Source of the DNA: Octopus vulgaris
Taxonomy: Eukaryota
Reading direction: 5' to 3'
DNA length: 64,000 nt
Assembly: GCA_951406725.2 (NCBI GenBank)
Contig: OX597820.1
Coordinates: 28,582,001 to 28,646,000 of the forward strand
The notes under the pieces were generated by a model. The model had not been told where the DNA came from. It searched no databases and saw nothing but the letters and a program-made list of their open reading frames with translations. Positions 12,638-27,879 of this stretch are shown here, piece by piece. Positions within the stretch are counted from its first letter, which is position 1. Each line of letters starts with the position of its first letter. Made by a program: the position numbers and the translations under genes.

Positions 12638-13168
12638 AGTGGATGAGGGTACGGTTGAAGTAAAAATTCGGGTAAAAAAGGAGCTGGGGGTGTATGAATG
12701 AGGTGAAAAAATAGGATAAGCAAAGAGAGAATGAAAGAGCAGAAAAAAAAGCGTTCAGTTAAGCACGCTGGTTCCTGACGTTCAGAGTAATTCCGAAATA
12801 AGTGTAGAGTGTCCCCTATGTTTTAGAAAAGGGGGAAAAAAACAGTTATATTGAGTGGACAATCCAATATGTTTTTCAAGACATATGTTTTTCAGTGACA
12901 GCTGTTTGATGCATCTTTTTTTCTATACAACTTCCTCTCCGTATTTCAGCGAGATTGTATTAACGTTAGTGTCGATGTATATTTTTTGTAAGAGGAAACG
13001 ATATTGCGTGTTAGAGAAATCGGATGTATGCGACATTGAGATTCAAATCGCACCTTTGTCAATAATACAAACTTCTATATGATTCGAAACTTCACCAGAA
13101 TCTAAATCTATACTAACATTTATGAATATTCAAAAAAATAATTCATCTGTTAAGACAGGGTATCCAGG

Positions 13169-13283
13169 CATTTGTAGAGCCGAATGCTTTTCATCTCAGG
13201 ATAGAGAACACGTTCATTTGTAGATTCGGAAGCCTTTCATCTTAAGATAGTCAGTACGTACATTTCTCGTGCCGAACGCCTTT
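13169..13283 (+). repeat. Degenerate 46-bp minisatellite, ~2.5 units
   Basis: catttgtagagccgaatgcttttcatctcaggatag... / catttgtagattcggaagcctttcatcttaagatag... / catttctcgtgccgaacgccttt; also at ~23879. Confidence 0.75.
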
Positions 13284-13889
13284 GAAAGTACTTCAGAAAC
13301 GTAATCGAATAATAAGTATCGTAATCTGAGAAAGAGACTCTCAACGGATTGTACTTCACAAATAACTTATCTACGGACATGCAGGATCTTTTATTTCATT
13401 CATTGATTCTAGTAGGAGATATATAATTCTTGACAACCAAAGAAGAAGTTATCCTATATACGGAACATCAATTGATTTACTAATTTGTTTTGTATTTTTT
13501 GTATGTTTACAGTTTTTCAGCTTTTCATTGGAGTTAGAAAGATAATCGTATATTTCTTTCCATTTGTTAAGAGGTCTCTAATTTTCCAACGCTGTGCAGG
13601 ATAATGTGTTATATATGATTTATGTACGCGTGTGTTTGTGTGTATATATATATGTGTGTATGTGTTTGTGTGTGTGTGTCTGTTATGTATGTGTAGATAT
13701 GTATTTGCGTGATTACATATATATAGAGATATATATTTATATATTCATTATATGCATATACGTATATATATATATATATATATATAGGGATAGAGAGAGA
13801 GAGAGATACAAACAGACAGGCAAATAGACAAAATATATATTCAAATTTCTATATAAATATATATATAGAAATACATTTATATCTCTCAG

Positions 13890-14037
<148 letters not shown>

Positions 14038-14475
14038 GAAACAAATGTGTTTTACTAGTAACATTCCAGCAAATAATTCGATAAGATCGGAACTGGAAAA
14101 TATAAACACATTAATAAATAAGATTACAGAAACTAAGTAAGTTAAAAATAACTCGAGGCGGACATCTTAAAAAACGATGTATTATAATTTTATCAATATA
14201 AATATAATACTATAATACGTTACATAAGAATGTCTATGACTGCACCTCTTTTATATGAGCATGCCAAAACGAGGGGACATGTAACAAAAACACACGCTCA
14301 CACACAGAGATTGATAGATAGATAGAGACAGACAGACAAGCAGGCAGGCAGACAGACAGACCAATACATACATACATACATTTAGATATATATACATATA
14401 TACATATATGGATAACGATGATTTTATTATAACAGTTGAAACGCTATGTAATTCATGATAAAATTATGAAAGTAA

Positions 14476-14907
14476 GAGTGGCTGTGTGGTAAGTAGCTTG
14501 CTTACCAACCACATAATTCCGAGTTCAGCCCCACTGCGTGGCACCTTGGTCAACTGTCTTCTGCTATAGCTTCGGGCCGACCAAAGCCTTGTCAGTGGAT
14601 TTGGTAGACGGAAACTGAAAGAAGCGCGTCGTATATATGTATGTATATATATATATGTGAGTGTGTGTGTGTGTGTTTGTGTTTGTGTGTGTGTATTTGT
14701 GTGTCTCTGTGTGTGTCCCCAACATCACTTGACAACCGATGCTGGTGTGTTTACGTCCCCGTAGCTTAGCGGTTCTGCAAAAGAAAACGATAGAATATGT
14801 CCTTGTCTTACAAAGAATATGTCCTGGGGTCGATTTGCTCGACTATAGGCGGTGATCCAGCATGGCCACAGTCAAATGACTATAACAAGTAAAAGAGTTA
14901 AAGAGTA
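14476..14907 (+). mobile_element. SINE family A, full length
   Basis: Colinear with 12234-12637. Confidence 0.92.
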
Positions 14908-15099
14908 TTAAACATTTTAGCAATCTGATTATGTATGTGCGAGGGTGCACATGTATTGTTGTGCTTTGCTAGCATTACTAGTATCTAGCTAATTAATTAC
15001 AATAATTAATGCCTTTTTTTTAACCGTTTCAATTTCCTTCCGAAGCTACTCAGATACATATGCGGTGCTTCATTTGTATCGCTGTTAATCATAATTTCG

Positions 15100-15203
15100 A
15101 AATTTTGAACCTGGGGTTCTCATTCCTAAGGTATTTTTCGATGTTGTTGTTGTTGTTATTATTATTATCATTATTATTATTATTATTATTATTATCATTT
15201 TCA

Positions 15204-15243
<40 letters not shown>

Positions 15244-15332
15244 CATTACTATTATTCAGGTCACTGTCTGGAATCGAACTCGGAATCTTGGGGTTAGTTG
15301 CCCGCACACTTAACCACTACGCCATATGCCCG
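15100..15332 (-). mobile_element. Short tRNA-derived SINE-like element with internal (AAT)n
   Basis: Minus strand gggcatatggcgtagtggttaag...gagttcgattcc (A and B boxes) followed by (AAT)n; copy at 25680-25892. Confidence 0.7.
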
Positions 15333-15976
15333 TCAAATGCAAATAATGTACATAATTCCTCATCTCTTAAATATAGAACTGCATATAAATGTGTGTGTGT
15401 GTGTCTGCGTGTTTGTGTGTATTATATATAAAACATTGCCAAACTTATACATACAAGCTTACATACATGCATATACCCGCAAACATGTGTTTATGTAAAA
15501 CGTCTTCATATTTCCGGTGAGTCATACGAAGAGCATTGGCTGACACTTGAATAATCGTGCGGCGTATTCACACGATTAAAGAACGACTACAATGAGGATG
15601 TTGTGCATACTGGCAGCCGCTCAAATGCATCTGCATATATTATCATATTCCTCTCATTTATATCAATTCAGATCCCTTGATAATATCAAAATATGATAAT
15701 TAATTGTTATAATTCTGTAATGATTCGTCTGATTCCGCAATGTGAATAGTTACGTATTAATTTCGAAACACTTGTGAAATTAGCATATCTGTAACAGTAT
15801 TTGAATATATAGGTGTGCTATGATATCCCGTTAAGTTTCGCAAATATCACTTTCCTAAATATCACTTTTTTGATACCATTGATTATTTTCCCAGATTCAA
15901 TGTTAGCTGACAAAATTAAGAAACAAGGGATATTTCAAATAGCAGAGGAAGAGTGTACCCCGCAAAATCTGAGAAT

Positions 15977-16076
15977 NNNNNNNNNNNNNNNNNNNNNNNN
16001 NNNNNNNNNNNNNNNNNNNNNNNNNNNNNNNNNNNNNNNNNNNNNNNNNNNNNNNNNNNNNNNNNNNNNNNNNNNN
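15977..16076. other. Assembly gap (100 N)
   Basis: Run of N. Confidence 1.
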
Positions 16077-16292
16077 TATCTCATAGAATATTGCTATCAA
16101 AGAATTCAATCAAATATAGTGTGACGTGAGATATATTTCCTATTATTTGTGTTTTCTCATTTTGTTACAATGCATTATATTCTGCTATAATATAAAATAA
16201 CTTCCCTTATAAATGCGTGATATTAATCCTTACATATCTTTTCCTTGTAAATACAGTTAAAATGTAACGAAGACTTAATAATATATTTTAAC

Positions 16293-16349
<57 letters not shown>

Positions 16350-16359
16350 CATGTATTTT

Positions 16360-16850
16360 TTTTCTCTCTAGTTTCAGCTCAGAGCTGATGCCATGCTGAT
16401 GCACCGCCGTTTTGCCACACTGTTATTACTAAGAGCCTCCTCTAATATGTGGCACTTGGTGAAGAATGGAGTTTGATATAGCTACCCTCATTTGCACCTC
16501 TTGCCGTGAGGTAGGTTCATCTGAGACTCTCGACAGGAAGAGGTCCAGCTTTGATTAACATAACCCTACATCTGCTTTGTGCAAGTTCCTCAGATTCTTT
16601 GGGAGAATATTAAAAAGCTGTGGGCCCTTGAAACCCAAGCTGTTGCTGTAACTGGTCCTGAAGCGTAACGGCCTTGCTGGGATCTTTGTCACTATGCAGT
16701 GTCGTCCCGTTCTGGCACTGGTGTAGTTTCAGTGACAAAATTTGGCACAATTTCTTCTAAGATCTTCCAGATATATATTACTGCATACCTATCCCATCTT
16801 ATCTCCAGGGAGTAGAGTCTTGACTGTTTCAGCCTTTCCCAGTAGCCGAG
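16360..16850 (-). mobile_element. CR1-group LINE 3' fragment (duplicate of 6070-6575)
   Basis: Near-identical to 6070-6575. Confidence 0.85.
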
Positions 16851-16890
16851 CTGTTGCAAAGAGACGATCTTCTTTGTGAATATTCTCTAG

Positions 16891-16922
<32 letters not shown>

Positions 16923-16975
16923 GTCTGTGTGTGTATATATATATGTATATATATATATATGTATATATATATAAG

Positions 16976-17006
<31 letters not shown>

Positions 17007-17007
17007 G

Positions 17008-17038
<31 letters not shown>

Positions 17039-17436
17039 ATAGGTATGTATATATGTGTATATATAGCTACGGTATATACTGTTAAGAGCGTAGTAGAGTA
17101 CACTATAAAGCTCGTCCCCCTTCAGATTTACCCTGTGATATCCAATAGTAGTAGGGAAATAAGTTGCCTAATGAAGTACCTGCATGCCTGGAGAACTACG
17201 TTGCATGGTAACAATTGTAGTAATTAAAAAATAAATGCCCTACCATAATCTTTCTTGTTGACTCCGATTTCTGTTAAGAATATATGTGTAAAGCAATGTA
17301 GCTACACGTACTATTGGCGATTTCTTTTCCTTCTTTGAAAATTTCTCTTTCACGTCACCAATGAAGAGCTATGCTCGAAACATCAAACACTCTTTTTTCA
17401 CCGTGCGTCAAGCTAATAAATTATAATACTATATAT

Positions 17437-17527
<91 letters not shown>

Positions 17528-17544
17528 TGTACAGACACACTTTT

Positions 17545-17807
17545 ATTCTTTTCTCCTTTTAATAGTTTCAGTCATTTGACTGAGGTCATGCTGGGAAACC
17601 ATCTTGAAGGAATTTAGTCAGAAAAATCGAATTCAGAAATTAATTTTTAAGTCTAGTACTTATTCCGCCTGCTAAGTTACGGGGACGTAAACATACCAAC
17701 GCCGGTTATCAAGTGAGACGGCGGGGTCAAACACAGGCACAAAGTCACAAACACAGAGATATATACACATATAGATACATACATACATATACATACATGT
17801 ATGTATG

Positions 17808-17873
<66 letters not shown>

Positions 17874-18030
17874 ACGGGGTTCTTTGCGTCTACCAGATCC
17901 AATCACAAGGCCCTGTCCTGGTGGCTCGACAATATAGTAGAAAACACTAGTATAAGATGCCACGCAGTGGGACTGCATCTGGAACCATGTGATTCGGAAG
18001 CAAGCTTCTTCCCACACATCCAGCCCTGCA
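17545..18030 (-). mobile_element. SINE family A (complete in copy 2; 3' half missing in copy 1)
   Basis: gtttcagtcatttgactgaggtcatgctggg ... aagttacggggacgtaaac ... ccacacatcca. Confidence 0.85.
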
Positions 18031-18093
18031 CCTACATGGCCACGCCTGCGCCTACATGCCCACGACTGCGCCTATACAGTCTGCGCCTAAGTA

Positions 18094-18160
<67 letters not shown>

Positions 18161-20149
18161 TCTTTTTGTAGCCGACTTAGATTGGCCAAATTTTGTCTTA
18201 TTAATATATAATATTCAGTTTAGATTTGTTACAGACCGTTGTGAAACGCGTCAAATCGTCGAAGCCATATTCCCCAACTGCGGACCACAGAGAATGATAA
18301 ATATAAATATATTCTACTCTCTTAATTTTCAGTTTTTATCATCTATCTACTCATAATTGCCTATATGCGTACATACACATGTATACACATACACACATAC
18401 ATATATACAAACTACACCACACTCACACGCAAATGCATACATTGAAATATATAAACCATTTATACAAACCATTATTCTGTCATTTACATCATTTCTCGAT
18501 TAGAAATACGACTGGCCCACGCACTTCAGAATTAAGACTGCTGTCTTCTACAGTACACGACGGAAATGAAAGTCAACGCCATCTTAACTGATCATTTTTA
18601 TGCTGTTTTGTTTTTGTTTTTTTAATGAAAATCTGTCAAAATGCGATAAGTATAGATTTCGAAAATGTCTCATAATCTGAGAATAAAATTACAGAGACAT
18701 TGGTGTGCAGATAAATACACAACAACATACCAAATAGCAAATATATGGAAAGTATAATGAGATTTTATGTGCTAATCCCAGGTTTTCCAGCTTTCTATTG
18801 GTTTCTTTCCATTTTTTTATTTCTTTAACGATGTTTAAATGGAAGTCAGCTGCTTCTGTTTACATTATATTTAAGCATTTACACCCTTACATTTTGACTT
18901 GTTTCAGTCATTGGATTGCGACCATGCTGCCACACTTTCTTGTGGCGTTATTGAACAACTTGACCCCAGTGATTATTGTTTAGTTTAGAATTTATTCCAT
19001 TTGACTCATTTGCGGAACAGCTTCGTTACTGAATCGTACAAAGACAACATCATTTTCTCGAGCTTGACACGAGTAAACACAAACTTAAAGACACACACAT
19101 AGATATACATATACATATGCATAAACATATACATATACATAGACATATACATACATATGACAATGACATCCCTTAAACCTTGAGGAGTTTTGGGGGCACT
19201 GCATCCATGCAGTGTATCTAGGCCGAGAAAGCCTGGTGGAGCCCATCTCATTTCTACAACTGAGTGGACTGAAGGAACATGGAAGCAAGTGTTTTTCACA
19301 ACGGTACAGGGCGTCGAAACCACTAAGCGATGAACCTCCACTAGTGGTACTTATTTCTACAGATAAGTGGACTAGAACAACGTGAAATGAAGTGTTTTGC
19401 GCCAGAATTCAACGCATCACCTGGTTCAGGAATCGAAATCACAATTTTACAATTGTGAGTCCAACACCGTAACCATTAAACCACGCGTCTCCACTACATA
19501 CATATATATGCACATATATTTGCTAGGCATCCGCACGGTTAGAAATTTGCCAAATTCACTGCCTATGAATTGGTTGGTCTCCGAATGTAGTAGAATGCAA
19601 TTTTCCCAAGATGCTGCGCAGTAGGACCGAGCCTGAAATGGCATAGCTGCGAAGGGAACTTCTTAAAAACACAACCATACCAACGCCTCACGGCATGGCC
19701 ACAATTCAATGACCGAAGGAATGAAGGAGAAATCAAAAGAACAACCTCACCACCACCACCTAAACAATAAAACAATAATCCTTCCACATTCACTAGTTTA
19801 GGACCTGACGTTAAATAGACGTGTTTTCGTCTCTTTTATTGAACCAAACCATGTAGCAAGTTATTCGAAAGATTCGTCTTGTGGTTAATTATTTTTATAT
19901 GGAATTTTTGCTGTTCGTCATCTTTATTGGTGTCATCCTGGTTACAGAACATTAATAAACATAAGTACCTTGGCTAAATCCACATCTCAAGGCTTTTATG
20001 TGTTTACATACAAACATTCAGTGATCTACAAATTTTCTCGGCTCGTCTAATAGAAGTATGAACTTGTGTTGCAGAGAGTGTTTCCGATAGCAAAGATCTC
20101 CATAACTTACTCCAAAATTCACTCTCTTTCATTCTATCTCACTATTTCA

Positions 20150-20195
<46 letters not shown>

Positions 20196-20886
20196 GTTTA
20201 TCTATCTCTGTTTCTTTCTACTGAATTGGCAGCAGAGCTGTGAAATCAATAAAACACATTTCAACATTTAGGCGTGAAACTAATAAAATATTGACGAATA
20301 TATTTGATTATTTAGAGTGGCAAAATTGAATCTTCCAACATGAACAACCAGATATTCACGCACAGTCAAATGCACTAATCTAATCCACTTTTGACATTGA
20401 TTTTCTACATATATTTGCTTACGTATTTATTTATTATTTATTTATATGTTTATTGCTATGAAAAATAATTGCCGATATTCGAGGATCAAGAAAAGGAGCT
20501 TTGCCCAGTGGTTAGAGGGGCGGGTTCATTTCTCAGTGCAAGCGGTGAGTTGTATCCTCGAACATGGAACTTAATTCCACGTAGATTTTGTCTACTGCTG
20601 TGTAAACAAGTAGGAGACATAAGCTGGAGCAACTTATTTTCATTTTGGCTGTGAAGTCATCCTGCAGTTTTTGGTAGATACATGTTAAACGTATCCATCA
20701 CTATTCGCCGACAGGTGGACGTTCTGCTTGGATATTTCGTGCTCACTTTGAATTAATTTTACAGGAACTCATTAAATGAAAATGAGTTCAATGCGTAGGC
20801 ACCCATATGTCTTTCGTTTATTTGTCTATTTATCTACACACACACAGAAACACACACGCATACATATTTACACACACAAACATACA

Positions 20887-21092
20887 TGTGACCTCGTGTG
20901 TACCGTTGGCGATTTTTTTTCCTCTGTCTTCCCTTCTCTGGATCTTTCCTTCTCCTATGTTTCCGACGAAGAGCTCCGTTCGAAACGTTAAACCCTCCTC
21001 CTTTCCTTCTTTCCTGAGCGTCCAATAATACTATATTTATTCCACGTCCTCGCTCGCGTTGTTGTGTTTTTTTTGTGCTTTCTTGTTTGGAT

Positions 21093-21097
<5 letters not shown>
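20887..21097 (+). mobile_element. Penelope-like terminal fragment with hammerhead motif (20959-20993)
   Basis: GTTT-CCGACGA-A-GAGC(TCC)GTTC-GAA-ACGT-T-AAAC; ends at (TA)n; absent from copy 1. Confidence 0.7.
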
Positions 21098-21137
<40 letters not shown>

Positions 21138-21289
21138 TATATCCGCAAAAGAAGCACGCTCTAAACGTTAGAGCAATAATGTGTTTAGAGGAAGTTATAT
21201 ATATTACCGGCTTTATTTAACTTCCTCTCTAAAAACTTTACTGGTCTAATGTTTAGAGTCTGATTCTTTTTCGGGTATATGATCCACTG

Positions 21290-21463
21290 ACGATAGCCAC
21301 TACACATTCCTTATTTTCTTTCCTTGTTTCTTTCTGTGTTCCTTTCTGTGAAAGAGCGTAGGTTCGAAACGTTAAAGACTTTTTCACTTCCCGAGTGTTA
21401 TACTAATACATCTGCTTGTTGTCTACACCACCTGTCTTCGTCTTTTGATTTTTTGTGAATTCT

Positions 21464-21468
<5 letters not shown>
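21290..21468 (+). mobile_element. Penelope-like terminal fragment (counterpart of 10745-10925)
   Basis: ctttctgtgaaagagcgtaggttcgaaacgttaaag at 21342-21377. Confidence 0.75.
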
Positions 21469-21526
<58 letters not shown>

Positions 21527-21981
21527 CTCCCTTTTTGTCTCCCTCCCAATTTTCTCTCAACCTATTATTAGCATCAACAAATCATCTGTTATCTTTCCCC
21601 CTAAGAGCAACCCAATTTATTTCAATTTTTATCCGTATGGGTTCACTGCTTTCTTATGGAAAACTTCCCCCTAACCCAATGCCTTTGTTCGCAATATAAA
21701 ATATTATTTCGTCTTCACAAATTTCTAAATATATATATATATTCATTAAATATCATTTCTTTGCAGAAATAAGCTGCCTCGCTAATGTTATACTGAGTTT
21801 GAGATTTATTGCTGTTCCACTTCCCAAAATTTCGAAAGATTAATTAAGTTGTAGACAAATTACAATATTATTTGTGTTCTTTCTGAAAGAAGTTACAAGA
21901 TGGTATCAGTGCGAGGATTTATAAATCATCCTGTCAAATTTTAGCCTCTATATCTCACTTGCTCCTCTTTCTTTCTCTCTG

Positions 21982-22052
<71 letters not shown>

Positions 22053-22116
22053 ATATATATATATATATATTATATATATGTATATATTATATATATATTA
22101 TATATATTATATTATA

Positions 22117-22186
<70 letters not shown>

Positions 22187-22964
22187 GGTATATGTGTGTG
22201 TGTGTGTGTGTGTCTGAGTACATGCGTGTCTGTTTGTGTTTGTGTTTGTGAGTATCTGTATGCGTATGTTTGATGATGTTATATAAAGATGTGTGTTTAT
22301 GTATGTGTGTGCGTTTCTCTCTCTCTCTCTTTCTCTCTTTCTCTCTTTTTCTCTCTCTCTTTCTCTCTCTCTCTCTCCCTCTCTTTCTCTCTCGCTCTCT
22401 CTCTTTCTCTGTGGTCAACATAGACATTTGCATCGGCAAAAGGTTTATACAGTGAAAGCGATACTATGAGTATAGTGAACTTGACATGAGAAGTGTAAAA
22501 TCCGACGTTTCGCTCAGATTTCTTCTGCAGAGAAAAGCTAGAAGACGAGAAATTAATAAGAATGAGTAAAGTTTTACATTCTTTAAGTCAAACATACGAG
22601 TTATAGCTGATAAGAAACGCAGAATCGCGTGAGTTTCAGACGGGGAAAAGAATTGATAGGTTTCAGTAGGAAGAAGGGAAAAGTAATCCGAAAAAGCAGG
22701 CAAAATCGAGTGATGTGAAGGGAAAAGATGAAGTGAGAGCGGCGTTGAAGGATAAAAAAGGGTTTAATGAATTAATAGGAGGTGTTAGGTAGAAGGAAAA
22801 AGTTTATATAAACTTGTACGTTTTATGGTGCCTAGTTCGAGTATGAGACGTTGTTCGCTCCGTTTCCCTGAGAATGTGGATCGATATCGTGGGCCGAGGC
22901 TGCTCAATGATAAGACATTGACTTGGCGGGAGGCGAAAGAGCGAGATTGAAAAATTAATAAAAA

Positions 22965-23345
22965 GGAAGTGGCTGTGTGGTAAGTAGCTTGCTTACCAAC
23001 CGCATGGTTCCGGGTTCAGTCCCACTGCATAGCACCTTGGGTAAATGTCTTCTACTATAGCCTCGGGCCGACCAAAGCCTTGTCAGTGGATTTGGTAGAC
23101 GGAAACTCAAAGAAGCCTGTCGTATATATGTGTGTGCGTGTGTGTCTGTGTTTGTCCCCCCAACATCGCTTGACAACCGATGCTGGTGTATTTACGTCCC
23201 CGTAAAATAGCGGTTCGGCTAAAGAGACAGAGCGAATAAGTACTAGGCTTACAAAGAATAAGTCCTGGGGTAGATTTGCTCGACTAAAGGTGGTGCTCCA
23301 GCATGGCCACAATCAAATGACTGAAAGTAAAAGAGTAAAGAGTAA
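22965..23345 (+). mobile_element. SINE family A (counterpart of 12234-12637)
   Basis: Direct sequence match. Confidence 0.92.
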
Positions 23346-24589
23346 GTGGATGAGGGTACGGTTGAAGTAAACATTCGAGTAAAAAAGGAGCTGGGTGTAT
23401 GAATGAGGTGAAAAAATAGGATAAGCAAAGAGAGAATGAAAGAGCAGAAAAAAAAAGCGTTCAGTTAAGCACGCTGGTTCCTGAGGTTCAGAGTAATTCC
23501 GAAATAAGTGTAGAGTGTCCCCTATGTTTTAGAAAAGAGGGAAAAAAACAGTTATATTGAGTGGACAATCTAATATGTTTTTCAAGACATATGTTTCTCA
23601 GTGAAAGCCGTTTGATGCATCTTTTTTTCTATACAACTTCCTCTCCGTATATTTCAGTGAGATTGTATGAACGTTAGTGTCGATGTATATTTTTTGTAAG
23701 AGGAAACGATATTGCGTGTTAGAGAAATCGGATGCATGCGACATTGAGATTCAAATTCGCACCTTTGTCAATAATACAAACTTCTATATGATTCGAAACT
23801 TCACCAGAATCTAAATCTATACTAACATTTAAGATTAATCCAAAAACATAATACATCTGTTAAGACAGGGTATCCAGGCATTTGTAGAGCCGAATGCTTT
23901 TCATCTCAGGATAGAGAACACGTTCATTTGTAGATTCGGAAGCCTTTCATCTTAAGATAGTCAGTACGTACATTTCTCGTGCCGAACGCCTTTGAAAGTA
24001 CTTCAGAAGCGTAATCGAATAATAAGTATCGTAATCTGAGAAAGAGACTCTCAACGGATTGTACTTCACAAATAACTTATCTACGGACATGCAGGATCTT
24101 TTATTTCATTCATTGATTCTAGTAGGAGATATATAATTCTTGACAACCAAAGAAGAAGTTATCCTATATACAGAACATCAATTGATATACTAATTTGTTT
24201 TGTATTTTGTATGTTTACAGTTTTTCAGTTTTTCATTGGAGTTAGAAAGATAATCGTATATTTCTTTCCATTTGTTAAGAGGTCTCTAATTTTCCAACGC
24301 TGTGCAGGATAATGTGTTATATATGATTTATGTACGCGTGTGTTTGTGTGTATATATATGTGTGTATGTGTTTGTGTGTGTATGTGTCTGTTATGTATAT
24401 GTAGATATGTATTTGCGTGATTACATATATATAGAGATATATATTTATATATTCATTATATGCATATACGTATATATATATATATATATAGGGATAGAGA
24501 GAGAGAGAGAGAGATACAAACAGACAGGCAAATAGACAAAATATATATTCAAATTTCTATATAAATATATATATAGAAATACATTTATA

Positions 24590-24670
<81 letters not shown>

Positions 24671-25114
24671 TATATATGAAACAAATGTGTTTTACTAGTA
24701 ACATTCCAGCAAATAATTCGATAAGATCGGAACTGGAAAATATAAACACATTAATAAATAAGATTACAGAAACTAAGTAAGTTAAAAATAACTCGAGGCG
24801 GACATCTTAAAAAACGATGTATTATAATTTTATCAATATAAATATAATACTATAATACGTTACATAAGAATGTGTATGACTGCACCTCTTTTATATAAGC
24901 ATGCCAAAACGAGGGGGACATGTAACAAAAACACACGCTCACACACAGAGATTGATAGATAGATAGAGACAGACAGACAAGCAGGCAGGCAGACAGACAG
25001 ACCAATACATACATACATACATTTAGATATGTACATATATACATATGTGGATAACGATGTTTTTATTATAACAGTTGAAACGCTATGTAATTCATGATAA
25101 AATTATGAAAGTAA

Positions 25115-25173
25115 GAGTGGTAGATTTGGTAGACGGAAACTGAAAGAAGCGCGTCGTATATATGTATGTATGT

Positions 25174-25224
<51 letters not shown>

Positions 25225-25472
25225 AGTGTGTGTGTGTGTGTTTGTGTTTGTGTGTGTGTATTTGTGTGTCTGTGTGTGTGTCCCCAACATCTCTTGACAA
25301 CCGATGCTGGTGTGTTTACGTCCCCGTAACTTAGCGGTTCTGCAAAAGAAAACGATAGAATAAGTACTTGTCTTACAAAGAATATGTCCTGGGGTCGATT
25401 TGCTCGATTATACGCGGTGATCCAGCATGGCCACAGTCAAATGACTATAACAAGTAAAAAAGTTAAAGAGTA
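25115..25472 (+). mobile_element. SINE family A with ~115 bp 5' deletion (counterpart of 14476-14907)
   Basis: gagtgg is joined almost directly to gatttggtagacgg. Confidence 0.88.
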
Positions 25473-25725
25473 TTAACAATTTTAGCAATCTGATTATGTA
25501 TGTGCGAGGGTGCACATGTATTGTTGTGCTTTGCTAGCATTACTCTGACTTTTATCCTAGTATCTAGCTAATTAATTACAATAATTAATGCCTTTTTTTT
25601 AACCGTTTCAATTTCCTTTTGAAGCTACACAGATACATATGCGGTGCTTCATTTGTATCGCTGTTAATCATAATTTCGAAATTTTGAACCTGGGGTTCTC
25701 AATCCTAAGGTATTTTTCGATGTTG

Positions 25726-25783
<58 letters not shown>

Positions 25784-26606
25784 CATTATTATTATCATTA
25801 TTATCATTACTATTATTCAGGTCACTGTCTGGAATCGAACTCGGAATCTTGGGGTTAGTTGCCCGCACACTTAACCACTACGCCATATGCCCGTCAAATG
25901 CAAATAATGTACATAATTCCTCATCTCTTAAATATAGAACTGCATATAAATGTGTGTGTGTGTCTGCGTGTTTGTGTGTATTATATATAAACATTGCCAA
26001 ACTTATACATACAAGATTACATGCATGCATATACCCGCAAACATGTGTCTATGTAAAACGTCTTCATATTTCCGGTGAGTCATACGAAGAGCATTGGCTG
26101 ACACGAGAATAATCGTGCGGCGTATTCACACGATTAAAGAACGACTACAATGAGGATGTTGTGCATACTGGCAGCCGCTCAAATACATCTGCATATATTA
26201 TCATATTCCTCTCATTAATATCAATTCAGATCCCTTGATAATATCAAAATATGATAATTAGTTGTTACAATTCTGTAATGATTCGTCTGATTCCGCAATG
26301 TGAATAGTTACGTATTAATTTCGAAACACTTGTGAAATTAGCATATCTGTAACAGTATTTGAATATATAGGTGTGCTATGATATCCCGTTAAGTTTCGGA
26401 AATATCACTTTCCTAAATATCACTTTTTGATACCATTGATTATTTTCCCAGATTCAATCTCAGCTGACAAAATTAAGAAACAAGGGACATTTCAAATAGC
26501 AGAGGAAGAGTGTACCCCGCAAAATCTGAGAATACATGCCGAAGAACAACGGTTACACATACAAAACATTTAAATATATGTATGATGTATGACACTCAAA
26601 TATATA

Positions 26607-26669
<63 letters not shown>

Positions 26670-26670
<1 letters not shown>

Positions 26671-27218
26671 ATATAAAATCCGTTCTGTCTGCCTGTGTGT
26701 GTGTCTCCTAGGATCTCGGGCATCCACCATCCGATTGCGCTCAAATTTGATATGTAGATACCGACGGTATCAGGGCGTGTATAAGACTTGAAAAAATTAC
26801 AAAAATCGATTCCAGGTCAGAATGCGATCGATAAAGCCGTTGGAACGTGCATTTGTACGCGCAAGTACATCATCTGTTGCAATCGATACTATGCGAACCC
26901 GAGAAAAATGCACGTGCAGTTTGCGCAAAAAAGCCGATTGGCTTGAAATAATGCCACAAAATGCAGTATATTTAAGAGAAGAAAAAATTACGATGCAAAA
27001 GAGATATTTTCTTCAAACTTGGCATGAGGGAAAGAAAGACTATTTTGTTTCTGAAGAAGTTTTTTTTTACTTTGCCTTAACTTCGTTTAACAAAATCAAA
27101 AATTTTATTGAAATAAAGGCATGCTTAATTATTTTTTAATGAAAAGAAAACACTGATTGCTTTTTATTCAGCAGATATGATTCAGCACCGTTCATTGGGC
27201 GGGGAGCGTTTTGCTCGT
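26670..27218 (+). mobile_element. Possible non-autonomous Helitron/Helentron-type element
   Basis: Starts tataaaatccgttctgtctgcctgtgtg...ccgattgcgctcaaatttgatatgtag, resembling Helitron-like 5' modules; GC-rich end ...gggcggggagcgttttgctcgt; (TA)n on both sides. Family call is from memory of motifs. Confidence 0.45.
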
Positions 27219-27758
27219 ATATATATATATATATATATATATAATAGACAAGTTAAAATAAAGGTCATTACATATAATTCCTTTATTATAGCAAATTTAG
27301 CTTGCAACTTATTCAAGTAGTCATAGTAATAGGTTTACTCAGCTGGAGTATTGATCAATTAAGGTAAACTGAAAGACCTAATAAAATAATGGTAGAAATG
27401 TATATGTTGTATACATTCATATATTCATTATAGCTTTACAGCTGTTTCAGATATACATTTGATTGATCCACTGGAAGTATAGAGAATGACCCTCACTATG
27501 ATCGAAGACATCATCACAATGATGTCTTCTACTGAGCTAATGCAAATTAATATGACATAATGCATTGTTTCTGTCTTTTATTTCCGCCAATTTACAATAA
27601 AGAATTGTGATGAAACATAAATTTGGACCCTCAAAATGATTACTTAGAGTTCTTCACTAATCTAAGTAATGCACTTAGCCTGTGTGCCATCATAGACCGT
27701 ATGAAGTATTTTACCCATATTGATAATCCCTAAATATTCGTTCTATCTATCTACCTAC

Positions 27759-27818
<60 letters not shown>

Positions 27819-27833
27819 ATATCTATCTATCTA

Positions 27834-27875
<42 letters not shown>

Positions 27876-27879
<4 letters not shown>

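Larger units (their letters stand above)
16077..26533 (+). repeat. Copy 2 of ~10.3 kb tandem duplication
   Basis: Starts with tatctcatagaatattgc (=5782) immediately after the gap; ends with aaaatctgagaat (=15976). Confidence 0.95.

Noticed and set aside
13169-13283. Spaced repeats resembling a CRISPR array
   Set aside because: Contiguous degenerate 46-bp tandem units without unique spacers, in a eukaryotic context with no cas genes.
15255-15332. tRNA gene candidate
   Set aside because: A/B boxes are present but there is no proper acceptor stem and it runs into (AAT)n; better read as a SINE head.
27430-27480. Minus-strand gaaacagctgta hammerhead 3' half
   Set aside because: The core upstream (ccagtgga) is too degenerate to support; at most a decayed remnant.
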